NCBI GenBank assembly: GCA_965223415.1 | Contig: OZ245002.1 | Span: 2,304,001-2,368,000 of the forward strand | DNA: 64,000 nucleotides | Direction of reading: 5' to 3' | Origin: Myxococcota bacterium | GTDB lineage: Bacteria > Myxococcota_A > UBA9160 > UBA6930 | Shown: positions 1 to 9,697 of the stretch, in pieces | Layout: each line of letters opens with the position of its first letter | Position numbering within the stretch: the first letter of the stretch is position 1 | Made by a program: the position numbers and the translations under genes | The notes under the pieces: model-generated | What the model saw: only the letters and a program-made list of their open reading frames with translations | Databases searched by the model: none | What the model was told of the DNA's origin: nothing

Positions 1-591
1 GCAGCCGGAGTAGCGGGAGAGCGCCCAGCCATGGAGCCCGAAGTCCAGATACTCCTGCACGTTCGACGGGTTCAAGATCGGGACGCCCGCGTGGATGAGC
101 GCCTGCTCGCTCTGGTGTGCGATCGAGGAGGACTTCGCGCCCGGGTCGTCGCCACACAGAGCCAACACACCGCCGTGTCGCGCCGTGCCCATGTAGTTGC
201 CGTGCTTGATCGGGTCCATCGAGCGGTCGACGCCGGGGCCCTTGCCGTACCAGATCGCGAACACACCGTCGTGTCGGGCCGTCGCCTGGAGCGAGGCCTG
301 CTGGGAGCCCCACACCGCCGTGGCGGCCAGGTCCTCGTTCACGCCCGGCTCGAAGCGCACCTGGTGCTGCTCGAGCAGCTCCTTGGCCTGCCACAACGCC
401 ATGTCGTAGGTGCCGAGCGGCGAGCCCCGGTAGCCGGAGATGAAGCCCGCCGTGTCGAGGCCGGCGGCCCGGTCGCGTTGGCGCTGGAGCATCGGCAGAC
501 GCACGAGCGCCTGGACGCCGGACAGGTACACCCGGCCCGTCTCCCGGGTGTAGCGGTGCTCGAGCTCATAGCTCTGGTCGACGGGGGGCAT
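1..591 (-). CDS. Indolepyruvate ferredoxin oxidoreductase family protein, N-terminal part (runs off window)
   Basis: Not in the ORF track. Manual minus-strand translation from ATG at 591 gives MPPVDQSYELEHRYTRETGRVYLSGVQALVRLPMLQRQRDRAAGLDTAGFISGYRGSPLG...PGVNEDLAATAVWGSQQ, the typical N-terminus of fused IOR proteins. Confidence 0.9.
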   Translation of the reverse strand, partial: MPPVDQSYELEHRYTRETGRVYLSGVQALVRLPMLQRQRDRAAGLDTAGFISGYRGSPLGTYDMALWQAKELLEQHQVRFEPGVNEDLAATAVWGSQQASLQATARHDGVFAIWYGKGPGVDRSMDPIKHGNYMGTARHGGVLALCGDDPGAKSSSIAHQSEQALIHAGVPILNPSNVQEYLDFGLHGWALSRYSGC

Positions 592-601
592 GGACAAGAA
601 T

Positions 602-615
602 TAGAACATGTTCTA
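602..615. promoter_or_regulatory. Perfect 14-bp palindrome TAGAACATGTTCTA, matching the KstR-type operator consensus TnnAACnnGTTnnA
   Basis: Seen directly in the 60-bp AT-rich gap between the divergent IOR and LLM genes. Confidence 0.7.
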
Positions 616-651
616 GTCCCATGGGCCAGCCCGCGATCCCAGGAGGCCCTC

Positions 652-1491
652 TTGAAGATCGGACTCGCCTTTCACGCGACGGACCTCGCAATGGATCCCG
701 TCGAGGTGGCCCGGGAGGCGGAGGCGCGGGGCTTCCACTCGCTCTACATCCCGGAGCACACGCACATCCCGACGAGCCGGCGCACGCCGGCACCGACCGG
801 CACGCCGGAGCTGGGGGACGAGTACCGGCGCAGCCCGGACCCCTACGTGACGGCGGCGGCGATGGCGACGGCGACAGAGCGCATCCTCCTCGGTACCGGT
901 ATCGCGCTGGTGGCGCAGCACGATCCGATCGCCCTGGCCAAGGCGATCGCCACGGCGGACTGGCTCAGCGGCGGGCGCTTCGTGCTGGGCATCGGCTACG
1001 GCTGGAACCACGAGGAGATGGAGAACCACGGCGTCGACGTGAAGCGGCGGCGCGCCCACGTGCGGGAGGTGATGCTGGCGATGCAGGCGCTCTGGTCCCG
1101 GGAGGAGGCGTCCTTCGACGGCGAGTTCGTGCGCTTCGAGCTCTCGTGGATGTGGCCGAAGCCGGTCCAGCAGCCGCGGCCGCGGGTGCTGATGGGCGGC
1201 GCGCCGGGGCCGACGCTCTTCCGCCACATCGCCGAGTACGGCGACGGCTGGATGCCGATCGGGGGGGCGGGCATGCGGCAAGCCCTCGAGGAGCTGCGAC
1301 GCGCCATGGACGAGGCCGGCCGGGACTTCGCGAGCCTCCACCTCGTTCCCTTCGGCGTCTTCCCGGACACGGAGAAGCTCGACTACTATCGCTCGAACGG
1401 CATGACCGAGGTGGCTCTGCGCATCCCGTCGGCGCCGCGAGACCAGGTGCTGCCCGTGCTGGACGACTACACGAGGTACCTCGACCCATGA
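652..1491 (+). CDS. LLM-class (putatively F420-dependent) oxidoreductase
   Basis: TTG start after AGGAGG (641-646). Motifs PEHTHIP, LGTGIALVAQHDPIALAK, SGGRFVLGIGYGW and WPKPVQQP. Confidence 0.88.
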   Translation: MKIGLAFHATDLAMDPVEVAREAEARGFHSLYIPEHTHIPTSRRTPAPTGTPELGDEYRRSPDPYVTAAAMATATERILLGTGIALVAQHDPIALAKAIATADWLSGGRFVLGIGYGWNHEEMENHGVDVKRRRAHVREVMLAMQALWSREEASFDGEFVRFELSWMWPKPVQQPRPRVLMGGAPGPTLFRHIAEYGDGWMPIGGAGMRQALEELRRAMDEAGRDFASLHLVPFGVFPDTEKLDYYRSNGMTEVALRIPSAPRDQVLPVLDDYTRYLDP

Positions 1492-1859
1492 CCCCCAGCG
1501 AAGTCGCCCGCGCCCTCATCGGTCGCATCGAAGCCGGCGACGTGGAGGGTGCCCTCGCCCTCTACGCCGACGACGTCGTCACCTGGCGCAACCTCGACGG
1601 CCGCGAGCTCGGCAAGAAGCAGGTCCGCACGATCCTGGCCTTCCTCGCCGGCCTCCCGGACCTGCAGTACCGCGACGTCCGCATCCAGGACACCGGCGAC
1701 GGCCGGGGCTTCGTCCAGCAGCACGTCCTCACCTGCAAGAGCAAGCAGGGCGAGCCCGTCGAAGCCGCCGCCTGCCTCGTCGCCCGCGTCGAGCAGGGCC
1801 AACTGAAGCGCCTCGACGAATACCTCGACTCCGCCGCCATGGCACCCCTGTTGGGCTAG
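1488..1859 (+). CDS. SnoaL/NTF2-like (ketosteroid-isomerase-like fold) protein
   Basis: ATGA overlap with the upstream gene. Sequence MTPSEVARALIGRIEAGDVEGALALYADDVVTW...GFVQQHV...RLDEYLD. Confidence 0.8.
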   Translation: MTPSEVARALIGRIEAGDVEGALALYADDVVTWRNLDGRELGKKQVRTILAFLAGLPDLQYRDVRIQDTGDGRGFVQQHVLTCKSKQGEPVEAAACLVARVEQGQLKRLDEYLDSAAMAPLLG

Positions 1860-1913
1860 CCCGGATCGTTCGTGAAGACGTCGACCCCTGAATCGAAGCA
1901 GGCCCCACCTGCG

Positions 1914-1943
1914 AGGGGCGGCCACCCTGCTGTGACCGCCCCT
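1914..1943. terminator. GC hairpin between convergent genes
   Basis: AGGGGCGGCCA...TGACCGCCCCT inverted repeat with one mismatch and no U-tract. Confidence 0.35.
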
Positions 1944-1951
1944 GTCGGGAG

Positions 1952-2739
1952 CTAGCTCCGGGGGCCCCGACCCACCGCGGCGAGTGCGGCCAGGCCGGCG
2001 CCGAGGAGGAGGAAGGGGCCCGGCTCGGGCACGGAGAAGTTCAGGGTCAGGCTGGTGGCGCCCGCCGTGCGGTAGCTCCAGGTCGAGCCGTCGCAGGTCG
2101 GATAACCGCCCACGCACACCGCCGTGACGGTCGGCGACACGAGTCTGACGCTTCCGGCGCCCCCGGCGGTCAGGTTGAACGAGCCCATGAACGTGAAGTT
2201 CGGCAGGGCCACGGTCATGTTCGTCGCGCCGTTCGGCGTCGTGGTGGTGCCGAACAGGCTGCTGATGGTGCCGGAGCCCGGCGTCCAGGGCAGAAACGTC
2301 GCGGTGACGTTCTGGACGCCCACTATCGGGTTGGTGGTCGCGATGACGGTGGTGCCCGACACGCCCACCGACAACGGGACGGTCAGGAACGGAAACCCGG
2401 GGCCGACGAACAAGAAAACACTCACGACGCCGGGGATGCCCTGGTTGGCCGCCGCGCCACCGGGGGTGGCCGTGATCGTCTGGATGCCGCCGAGCGTCTG
2501 GTTAACGGTCAGCTGCGGCGGCCCGGGGCTGTCCCCGAAGAGGAGAAGGAGACGGAAACCGACACCGTGATGCTGCCGCCCGTGCTGGTGCCCGAAGCGA
2601 CCAGGCTGCCACCGCCGGTTGTCAGCGTGAACGGGGTGCCCTGGAGGGCCCCGTTCCAAGTCGCCGACGACAGCGTGCCCGCCGCGGCCGTGGCCGCGCA
2701 GAAGACCACCATCACGGCGAGGATTGATGCCTTGCCCAT
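1952..2739 (-). pseudogene. PEP-CTERM surface protein with a 1-bp frameshift near 2520 (pseudogene or sequencing error)
   Basis: One frame has the signal peptide MGKASILAVMVVFCAATAAA. The Thr/Gly-rich body ending VPEPGPFLLLGAGLAALAAVGRGPRS is in another frame. Adding one base at GCCCCGGGCC joins them (TAPG-PPQLTVN). Confidence 0.8.
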
Positions 2740-2971
2740 GATGGAACCCATCTATCTGAGTGGTTTCGGTGTCGGCACGCCAAAGCCCCGCTTCGGGGCG
2801 CCTCTCGCACGAATCGTAGCACGATCGGCTGGCTGCAGCGGATCTCCGGTGCGCTCCGAGGCGATTGTCAACGCGTGGCCATCGCCTTCGGCGCGGTCGC
2901 GGCTGACGGTCCTCCCAGAAATCTCGATCCGTCCGGGTTGTGGCCGGCGTCCTCGACGCAACACCGTTGCA

Positions 2972-3889
2972 TCAGGGGCCGGTTCCCTTGCGCAACACGT
3001 CCTCGCCGAAGCGGGCGATGGCGTCGCAGAACTCGGCGCGGTCGCGGTGGGGTAGGCCGATGACGAGCCAGGTGACGCCGGCGTCGGCGAGCTCGGCGGC
3101 GAGGTCGAGGAGTGCTGTGGGCTCCGGCAGCGGCTCGTGGTAGGCGACCGGTGAGAAGGCGACGTCCAGCGGGGCGCTGCGGCCGACCTTCTCGGCATGC
3201 TCGCGGGCGTAGGCGAGGAGCGCCCGCAGGTCACCCAGGCCTTCGAGCTTCGCGGTGCCGACGCGGCTCGCCATCTTCGCCGGCGCGGGGAAGGGGAGCC
3301 AGCCGTCGCCGAGCTCGACGGCCCGGCGCAGGGCCCGCCTGCTGTTTCCGCCCACCCAGATCGGCGGCCCGGGCCGTTGGATCGGACGCGGCCGCGCGGT
3401 GTTGCCCGCGGCGCGGAAGTGCAGCCCGTCCATCTTCAGGCTCTCTCCGCTCCAGGCGGCGCGCATGGCGTGGATCGTCTCGTCGCACACCTCGTTGCGG
3501 TGCGCGAAGTCCGCGCCGATCGCGTCGAACTCCGCCTCCAGGTAGCCCGCAGCCACGCCGGCGATCACCCGCCCGCCCGAGAGGACGTCCAGGCTGGCGA
3601 GGGACTTCGCCGTGATGAAGGGGTTGCGGTAGGGCAGCACCAGCACGTGGGTCTGCAGTCGGATCGTCGTCGTGGCCGCTGCCACGAACGAGAGCGCCAC
3701 GAAGGGATCGAGGGCGTGGTGGCCACCGGTCGCGAGCCAGCGGTCCTCCGGGATCGGGTGGTCCGTGACGAAGCAGCTCTGGAAGCCCGCCGCCTCGGCC
3801 CCGCGGCCCATCTCGGCCAGGGCTTCGGGCGTCAGGAACTCCCCGGGCTGGTCCACCTTGTCGGTCGGGAGCTGCACGGTGTACCGCAT
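2972..3889 (-). CDS. LLM-class (putatively F420-dependent) oxidoreductase
   Basis: Motifs TDHP, LDPFVAL, LPYRNPFITAK, SGGRVIAGVAAGY and PPIWVGGNS. Confidence 0.88.
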   Translation of the reverse strand: MRYTVQLPTDKVDQPGEFLTPEALAEMGRGAEAAGFQSCFVTDHPIPEDRWLATGGHHALDPFVALSFVAAATTTIRLQTHVLVLPYRNPFITAKSLASLDVLSGGRVIAGVAAGYLEAEFDAIGADFAHRNEVCDETIHAMRAAWSGESLKMDGLHFRAAGNTARPRPIQRPGPPIWVGGNSRRALRRAVELGDGWLPFPAPAKMASRVGTAKLEGLGDLRALLAYAREHAEKVGRSAPLDVAFSPVAYHEPLPEPTALLDLAAELADAGVTWLVIGLPHRDRAEFCDAIARFGEDVLRKGTGP

Positions 3890-3920
3890 GGGTCGATGCT
3901 ACCGGCCCTGGCAGAATATC

Positions 3921-3940
3921 GAAACGGTCCGTATCATAAT
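3921..3940 (+). promoter_or_regulatory. Imperfect dyad GAAACG-GTC-CGTATC overlapping -10 CATAAT
   Basis: Seen in the divergent intergenic region. A similar dyad lies at 26810-26824. Confidence 0.5.
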
Positions 3941-3978
3941 CCCCCTTCCGGTCCCCTTCGCCCGAGGAGCCGCCTCCC

Positions 3979-5172
3979 GTGGATCTCCGCTACTCCGACG
4001 CCGACGAGAAGTTCCGCAAGGAGCTGCGCGACTGGCTGGCCGAGGAGGTGCCGAAGCACGGCACCCCGCCCCATCGCGACGACTGGGAGGCCCGCCGCGT
4101 CTACGACACGGGCTGGCAGCGCAAGCTCTTCGACGCGGGCTACGCCGGCGTCAACTGGCCCAAGGAGTACGGCGGCCGCGGCGCCACCCTCACCGAGGAG
4201 CTCGTCTACTACGAGGAGCTGGCCCGGGCCAAGGCCCCCTACATCGGCATGAACTTCGTCGGCGTCCGCCACGGCGGCCCCACCATCATCGCCGAAGGCG
4301 ACGAGCGGCAGAAGAAGGCCCACCTGCCGAAGATCCTGCGCGGCGAGGAGGTCTGGTGTCAGGGCTTCAGCGAGCCGAACTCCGGCTCGGACCTGGCGTC
4401 GCTCTCCTGCTCGGCGGTTCGCGATGGCGACCACTACGTCCTGAACGGCCACAAGATCTGGACGTCCTTCGCCCACGCCGCCGATTTCTGCGAGATGCTC
4501 GTCCGCACCAACCCGGACGGCCCCAAGCACAGGGGCATCTCCTGGCTGATCATGCCGATGGACCTGGACGGTATCGAGATCCGCCCGCTCCCCACGCTCC
4601 TCGGCGAGATCGACTTCAGCGAAGTCTTCCTCAGCGACGTTCGCGTGCCGGTCGAAGGCCTCGTCGGCAAGGAGAACGACGGCTGGCGCATCACGAACGT
4701 CACCCTGCGCTTCGAGCGCGGCAGCGCCTGGGCCGCCGACATCATCGAGCTACAGGCGTTCCTGGAAGAGCTGGCGGCGCTCGCGAAGAAGATCACCCGG
4801 GACGACGCCAGCGCCTGGGAGGACCGCGCCCTGCGTCGCGACATCGGCCACCTCTCGGCGGAGGTCGACTCGCTCTGGGCGTGGATCAAGTACTCGATCT
4901 CCGAGACGGCGAAGAGCGGCGTGCCCGGCCTCGACGGCTCGGCCATCAAGCTCGGCTTCACCGAGCTGAATCAGCGCATCTACGAGCTGGGGACGCGGCT
5001 CCTCGGCCGCGCTGGCCTGGTGCGCGAGGACGTGGACGACGATCTCCCGAGCGAGCGCATCGTCGACAAGTTCCTGAACACGCTCTCGCTGACGATCGCC
5101 GCGGGCAGCTCGCAGATCCAGCGCAACATCATCTCCGAGCGCATCCTCCAGCTGCCGAAGGAGCCCCGCTAG
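3979..5172 (+). CDS. Acyl-CoA dehydrogenase (long partner of a two-gene ACAD pair)
   Basis: Motifs WPKEYGGRG, WCQGFSEPNSGSDLASL, NGHKIWTS, EVFLSDVRVP and TIAAGSSQIQRNII. Confidence 0.92.
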   Translation: MDLRYSDADEKFRKELRDWLAEEVPKHGTPPHRDDWEARRVYDTGWQRKLFDAGYAGVNWPKEYGGRGATLTEELVYYEELARAKAPYIGMNFVGVRHGGPTIIAEGDERQKKAHLPKILRGEEVWCQGFSEPNSGSDLASLSCSAVRDGDHYVLNGHKIWTSFAHAADFCEMLVRTNPDGPKHRGISWLIMPMDLDGIEIRPLPTLLGEIDFSEVFLSDVRVPVEGLVGKENDGWRITNVTLRFERGSAWAADIIELQAFLEELAALAKKITRDDASAWEDRALRRDIGHLSAEVDSLWAWIKYSISETAKSGVPGLDGSAIKLGFTELNQRIYELGTRLLGRAGLVREDVDDDLPSERIVDKFLNTLSLTIAAGSSQIQRNIISERILQLPKEPR

Positions 5173-6147
5173 ATGGACTTCCAGCTCAGCGAAGACCAGC
5201 AGGCTCTCCAGGAGGGCATCCGCGCCTTCGTGGACGGGAACTACGCCTTCGACCGCACGCCGGAGATCGAGAAGGAGCCCCTCACCCGGGAGGCGTGGAG
5301 CGAGCTGGCGGAGATGGGGGTCTTCTCCCTGCGCCAGCCCGAAGCCGAGGGCGGCGTCGGTCTCGGCTCCGTCGAGGCGGTGGTCGTGTTCCAGGAGCTC
5401 GGTCGGCGGCTCGTGCCCGGACCGCTGGTCTGGAGCCATCTGGCCGCCGGCCTCGTCGACGGCGCCGCCGGCGGCGAGCAGATCGTCGGAGGCCTCGACC
5501 TCACGCGGCCCAGCTCGGATCCGCTGCTGGTCGAGTACGGCGACGCGCTCGACGCGCTCCTCGTGCTGCGGCCCGAAGGCGTGTTCCGTGTCGACCCGGA
5601 GGCGCTGGAGACGAAGCCCGTGGCGACGCCGCTCGATCCGCTCACGCCGATGCAGCTCGCCGCGTCGCTGCCCGAGGGCGATCGCCTCGCCGGCTCGGAC
5701 GAGGCCATGCGCTTGCGCACCGAGGGCGCGGCCCTGGCCTCGGGACTGCTGCTCGGAATCGCCGAGTCGACGCTCGACTATGCGAACGAGTACGCCAAGA
5801 CCCGCGAACAGTTCAACCGCCCCATCGGCTCGTTTCAGGCCATCAAGCACTTCCTCGCCGACATGTACGTGCGGGTCGGTCAGGCCCGCTGCGTCAGCTA
5901 CGCGGCCGGCGCCACGCTCGACGATCCGGCCATCGGCGACGTCGTGCGCGCCGTCGCCTCCGCCAAGGTGGTTGCCGGCGAGGCCGCCATGAAGAACGCC
6001 CGCTCCTGCGTCCAGATCTACGGCGGCATGGGCTACACCTGGGAGCTCCCGCCCCATTATTACCTGAAGCGCACCTTCGTCCTCGAGCAGGCCTTCGGCA
6101 CCGTGGACGAGCACGCTGAACGCATCGCCGACCACCTCGCCGCGTAA
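5173..6147 (+). CDS. Acyl-CoA dehydrogenase (short partner subunit)
   Basis: Abuts the upstream gene. Motifs MDFQLSEDQ, REQFNRPIGSFQAIKH and QIYGGMGYTWE. Confidence 0.9.
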   Translation: MDFQLSEDQQALQEGIRAFVDGNYAFDRTPEIEKEPLTREAWSELAEMGVFSLRQPEAEGGVGLGSVEAVVVFQELGRRLVPGPLVWSHLAAGLVDGAAGGEQIVGGLDLTRPSSDPLLVEYGDALDALLVLRPEGVFRVDPEALETKPVATPLDPLTPMQLAASLPEGDRLAGSDEAMRLRTEGAALASGLLLGIAESTLDYANEYAKTREQFNRPIGSFQAIKHFLADMYVRVGQARCVSYAAGATLDDPAIGDVVRAVASAKVVAGEAAMKNARSCVQIYGGMGYTWELPPHYYLKRTFVLEQAFGTVDEHAERIADHLAA

Positions 6148-6184
6148 CAACTTAACAAAGGTGCCGGTTCTGTTTGTTAAGTTC
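6148..6184 (-). repeat. Dispersed repeat family A copy (palindromic variant)
   Basis: AACTTAACAAA (6149-6159) and TTTGTTAAGTT (6173-6183) form an 11-bp inverted repeat. The reverse complement reads AACTTAACAAACAGAACCGG, matching the family core. Confidence 0.8.
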
Positions 6185-6195
6185 CGGAGGTCTTC

Positions 6196-6993
6196 GTGAA
6201 CGACAAGGTTCGATTCGAGAAGAGCGAGCGGGTCGCGACGATCACACTCGACCATCCCTCCGCGCGCAACGCCTTCGACTACGAGATGACCCAGGAGCTG
6301 CGGCGTCTCTGGGGCGAGATCAAGGCGGATCCGGAGGTGGTGTGCGTGATCGTCACCGGCGCGGGGGAGAAGGCGTTCTGCACCGGGTGGGACATCAGCT
6401 CGACGGCCGCCGGTGAGAGCCAGCAGTTCGCGAAGCTGGCGCGGCAGGAGGCACCCTATGGCCAGATCACCGCGATCCAGAACCGCTGCTGGAAGCCGGT
6501 GATCACCGCGGTGAACGGCATGTGCATCGGGGGCGGCTTCCACTTCGTGGCGGACAGCGATCTGGTCCTCGCCTCGGAGACGGCGACCTTCTTCGACACC
6601 CATGTGAAGGTCGGCACCGTGGCCGGGCTCGAGCCGGTGGGCCTGGCTCGCCGCATCCCGCTGGAGAGCGTCCTTCGCCTGGCGCTGCTCGGCGGCTCCG
6701 AGCGCATGAACGCCGAGGAGGCCCTGCGCATCGGCCTGGTCGGCGAGGTGCTGCCCCCGGACGAGCTCCTGCCCCGCGCCCGAGCCCTCGCCGCGATGAT
6801 CGCCGAGCACTCGCCCACCGCGTTGGCCCGTACCAAGCAGGCCATCTGGGAGAGCCTCGACCACGGGCTCGAGGCCGGTCTCGACGCCGCCTACGCGCAC
6901 ATCGACGCCCACGCCGACCACCCGGACCAGCTCGAAGGTCCGAAGTCCTTCTTCGAGAAGCGCAAGCCGAAGTGGGCGCCGCAGTCGGAATGA
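6196..6993 (+). CDS. Enoyl-CoA hydratase/isomerase
   Basis: Motifs VTGAGEKAFCTGWD, KPVITAVNGMCIGGG and FFDTHVKVG. GGAGG RBS upstream. Confidence 0.9.
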   Translation: MNDKVRFEKSERVATITLDHPSARNAFDYEMTQELRRLWGEIKADPEVVCVIVTGAGEKAFCTGWDISSTAAGESQQFAKLARQEAPYGQITAIQNRCWKPVITAVNGMCIGGGFHFVADSDLVLASETATFFDTHVKVGTVAGLEPVGLARRIPLESVLRLALLGGSERMNAEEALRIGLVGEVLPPDELLPRARALAAMIAEHSPTALARTKQAIWESLDHGLEAGLDAAYAHIDAHADHPDQLEGPKSFFEKRKPKWAPQSE

Positions 6994-8954
6994 CGCGTCT
7001 TCTCGCCTTCGCCGCCGCAGCGGCGCTGCTCGGCTGCAGCGCTCCCCCCTCCCTGGACCACGCCGGGCCCACGGCGGAGTGGCCCGAGTGGGGAGGCGAC
7101 AAGGGTGGCTTGCACTACTCGCCTCTCGACCAGGTGAACGCGCGCAACGTCCGTCACCTCGAGCTGGCGTGGGAGCACCGCAGCGGCGACTTCAACGCGC
7201 CCTCCGCCGAGAAGATGCCCACCGGTCTCCAGGTGACGCCGATCGTCACGAACGAGACCCTCTACTACTGCACGCCTTACATGCGCGTCTTCGCTCTCGA
7301 CCCGGAGACCGGCAAGGAACGCTGGTCCTTCGACCCGGAGCTACGCGCGAGCGGCGTCGGCGGGCCCTACCCGCTCACCTGCCGCGGCGTCGCCTACTGG
7401 GAGGCCGATCCGCCCGCCGCCGGTGAGCGCTGCCAGAAGCGCATCCTCTACGGAACGAAGGACTCGGAGCTCTGGGCCCTCGATGCCGATACGGGCAAGC
7501 CCTGCGACGATTTTGGAGAGGGCGGCAGGGTGTGGCTGCGCGAAGGCCTCGAAGGTGATCTTCCGCCTTGGGAGTACTACGTCACCTCGCCACCCCTGGT
7601 CCTGGGCGACCGCCTGATCCTCGGCGCCCTGGTCGCCGACCAGCTGCGCACCGATGCGCCCTCCGGCGTGGTGCGCGCCTTCGACGTTCGGACCGGCGAG
7701 CTTCTCTGGGCCTGGGATCCGGTGCCGCCAGGCTGGGGCAAGGGCCTCCCGGCCAGCGAGCGCTACCACCGCGGCACGCCGAACGTGTGGTCGATCCTCT
7801 CCGGCGACGAGGAGCGCGGCCTGGTCTTCGTCCCCACCGGCAATCCCTCGCCGGACAGCTACGGGGGCGAGCGCGAGGGCGTCGACTTCTACGGCTCCTC
7901 CACCGTCGCGCTGCGCGCCGAGACCGGCGAGGTCGCCTGGCACTTCCAGACCGTGCACCACGACGTCTGGGACTACGACGTCGGCACCCAGCCCGAGCTC
8001 TTCCAGATTGAGGGCGTGGGCGGCGGGCGCCCGGGCGTGCTGCAGGCGACGAAGATGGGCCACGTCTTCCTGCTCGACCGCGAGACCGGCGAGCCCCTCT
8101 ACCCGGTGGAGGAGCGCCCCGTTCCCCAGGACGGCGTGCCCGGCGAGCAGCTCTCGCCCACCCAGCCCTTCCCCACCCATCCGCCGCCGCTCCATCCGAC
8201 CGAGCTGACACCGGAGAATGTCGGCTACACCTTCGCGGATCGGGGCTCCTGCGTGGAGATGCTCGAGAAGCACCGCTGGGACGGCATCTTCACGCCACCC
8301 ACCCTCCAGGGCTCGATCCAGTACCCGCACACCGCCGGCGGGATGAACTGGGGTGGCGTCGCGGTGGACCCGGTGAACGGCGTCATGTTCACGAACCAGA
8401 CCCACATCTCGATGATCGTCGAGATGATCCCGCGGGCGGACTACGAGACGATCCCGCCCGGCGCCGTCGCCTACCCGGACGAGCTCTACCCGATGAGCGG
8501 GACGCCCTACGGCGTGAAGCGCTCGGGCTTCTTCTCCAGCGCCGGCGCGCCCTGCAACCCGACACCCTGGGGCTCGCTGCAGGCCGTCGACCTGAAGAGC
8601 GGCGAGGTGAAGTGGAAGGTGAACCTCGGCACGACGAAGCACCAGGCGCCCTGGCCCCTCTACCTCGTCCCCGGCCTCGGCGACGTGGGTGCGCCGAACT
8701 TCGGCGGCGGCATGGTCACCGCCGGCGGCCTCTTCTTCATCGGCGCCACCACCGATCGCGCCTTCCGCGCCTTCGACGTGGAGACGGGCGACATCGTCTG
8801 GGAGATCGAGCTCCCCTACCAGGCCAACGCCTCGCCCATGAGCTACCGCCTCCGTCCGGACGGACGCCAGTTCGTGGTGGTCGCCGCCGGGGGCAACGCC
8901 ATCTCGAAGCAGGGCGACGCGATCATGGCCTTCGCCCTGCCGGAGCCGCGATGA
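6990..8954 (+). CDS. PQQ-dependent dehydrogenase (glucose/quinate family), predicted lipoprotein
   Basis: Lipobox ALLGC. Motifs YSPLDQVN, CRGVAYW, FQTVHHDVWDYD, GGMNWGG and GGGMVTAGGLFF. ATGA overlaps on both sides. Confidence 0.9.
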   Translation: MTRLLAFAAAAALLGCSAPPSLDHAGPTAEWPEWGGDKGGLHYSPLDQVNARNVRHLELAWEHRSGDFNAPSAEKMPTGLQVTPIVTNETLYYCTPYMRVFALDPETGKERWSFDPELRASGVGGPYPLTCRGVAYWEADPPAAGERCQKRILYGTKDSELWALDADTGKPCDDFGEGGRVWLREGLEGDLPPWEYYVTSPPLVLGDRLILGALVADQLRTDAPSGVVRAFDVRTGELLWAWDPVPPGWGKGLPASERYHRGTPNVWSILSGDEERGLVFVPTGNPSPDSYGGEREGVDFYGSSTVALRAETGEVAWHFQTVHHDVWDYDVGTQPELFQIEGVGGGRPGVLQATKMGHVFLLDRETGEPLYPVEERPVPQDGVPGEQLSPTQPFPTHPPPLHPTELTPENVGYTFADRGSCVEMLEKHRWDGIFTPPTLQGSIQYPHTAGGMNWGGVAVDPVNGVMFTNQTHISMIVEMIPRADYETIPPGAVAYPDELYPMSGTPYGVKRSGFFSSAGAPCNPTPWGSLQAVDLKSGEVKWKVNLGTTKHQAPWPLYLVPGLGDVGAPNFGGGMVTAGGLFFIGATTDRAFRAFDVETGDIVWEIELPYQANASPMSYRLRPDGRQFVVVAAGGNAISKQGDAIMAFALPEPR

Positions 8955-9697
8955 GCTACGAGCACATCCTGACGGACACGACGGACGGCGTCGCCACGAT
9001 CACCCTGAACCGGCCCGACAAGCTGAACGCCTACACCACCGAGATGGGCGAGGAGGTGGTCGACGCATTCCGCAGGCTGCGGGACGACGATGGGGTGCAC
9101 GCCGTCATCCTCACCGGCGCCGGCCGCGGCTTCTGCGCCGGCGTGGACCTCGACCACCTGAAGGCCCACCAGGCCGGTGGCAACGCGTCGAAGGGCCCGA
9201 AGCTCGGCGAGGAGGACTTCCTCAAGGTCTTTCCGCTGGAGATGGTGACCTACCCGAAGCCGATCATCGCCGCCGTGAACGGCCACGCGATCGGCGTCGG
9301 CGTGACGATGATCCTGCCCTGCGACATCCGCATCGCCGCCGAGGGCGCGAAGATCGGCCTCACCTTCGTGAAGCTCGGCATCCTGGCCGGCCTCGGCAGC
9401 ACGCACCTGCTGCCGAAGATCGTCGGGCGGGCGCGGGCGATCGAGCTGCTCACCACCGGGCGCGTGCTGAAGGCGCCGGAGGCCTTCGAGATGGGGCTCG
9501 TGAACCGCGTCGTTCCGGCGGACGCGCTGATGGACGAGGCGCGCGCCCTCGCGGCGTCCTTCTCCGACAGCCGCCCCGAGGTGGTCGCGGCCGCCAAGGC
9601 TGCCGTGACCTTCGGTGAGGACCACACGATGGAAGAGGCCATGCGCAACGAGGAGCGCGTGAGCGCCGAGCTGCGCAAGGCGAGGGAGGAGGGCTGA
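8951..9697 (+). CDS. Enoyl-CoA hydratase/isomerase
   Basis: Motifs ITLNRPDKLNA, LTGAGRGFCAGVD and KPIIAAVNGHAIGVG. Confidence 0.92.
   Translation: MSYEHILTDTTDGVATITLNRPDKLNAYTTEMGEEVVDAFRRLRDDDGVHAVILTGAGRGFCAGVDLDHLKAHQAGGNASKGPKLGEEDFLKVFPLEMVTYPKPIIAAVNGHAIGVGVTMILPCDIRIAAEGAKIGLTFVKLGILAGLGSTHLLPKIVGRARAIELLTTGRVLKAPEAFEMGLVNRVVPADALMDEARALAASFSDSRPEVVAAAKAAVTFGEDHTMEEAMRNEERVSAELRKAREEG

Noticed and set aside
31..651. N-terminal extension of the 486-aa plus-strand ORF
   Set aside because: It is antisense to the IOR gene. The real LLM start is TTG 652 behind AGGAGG.
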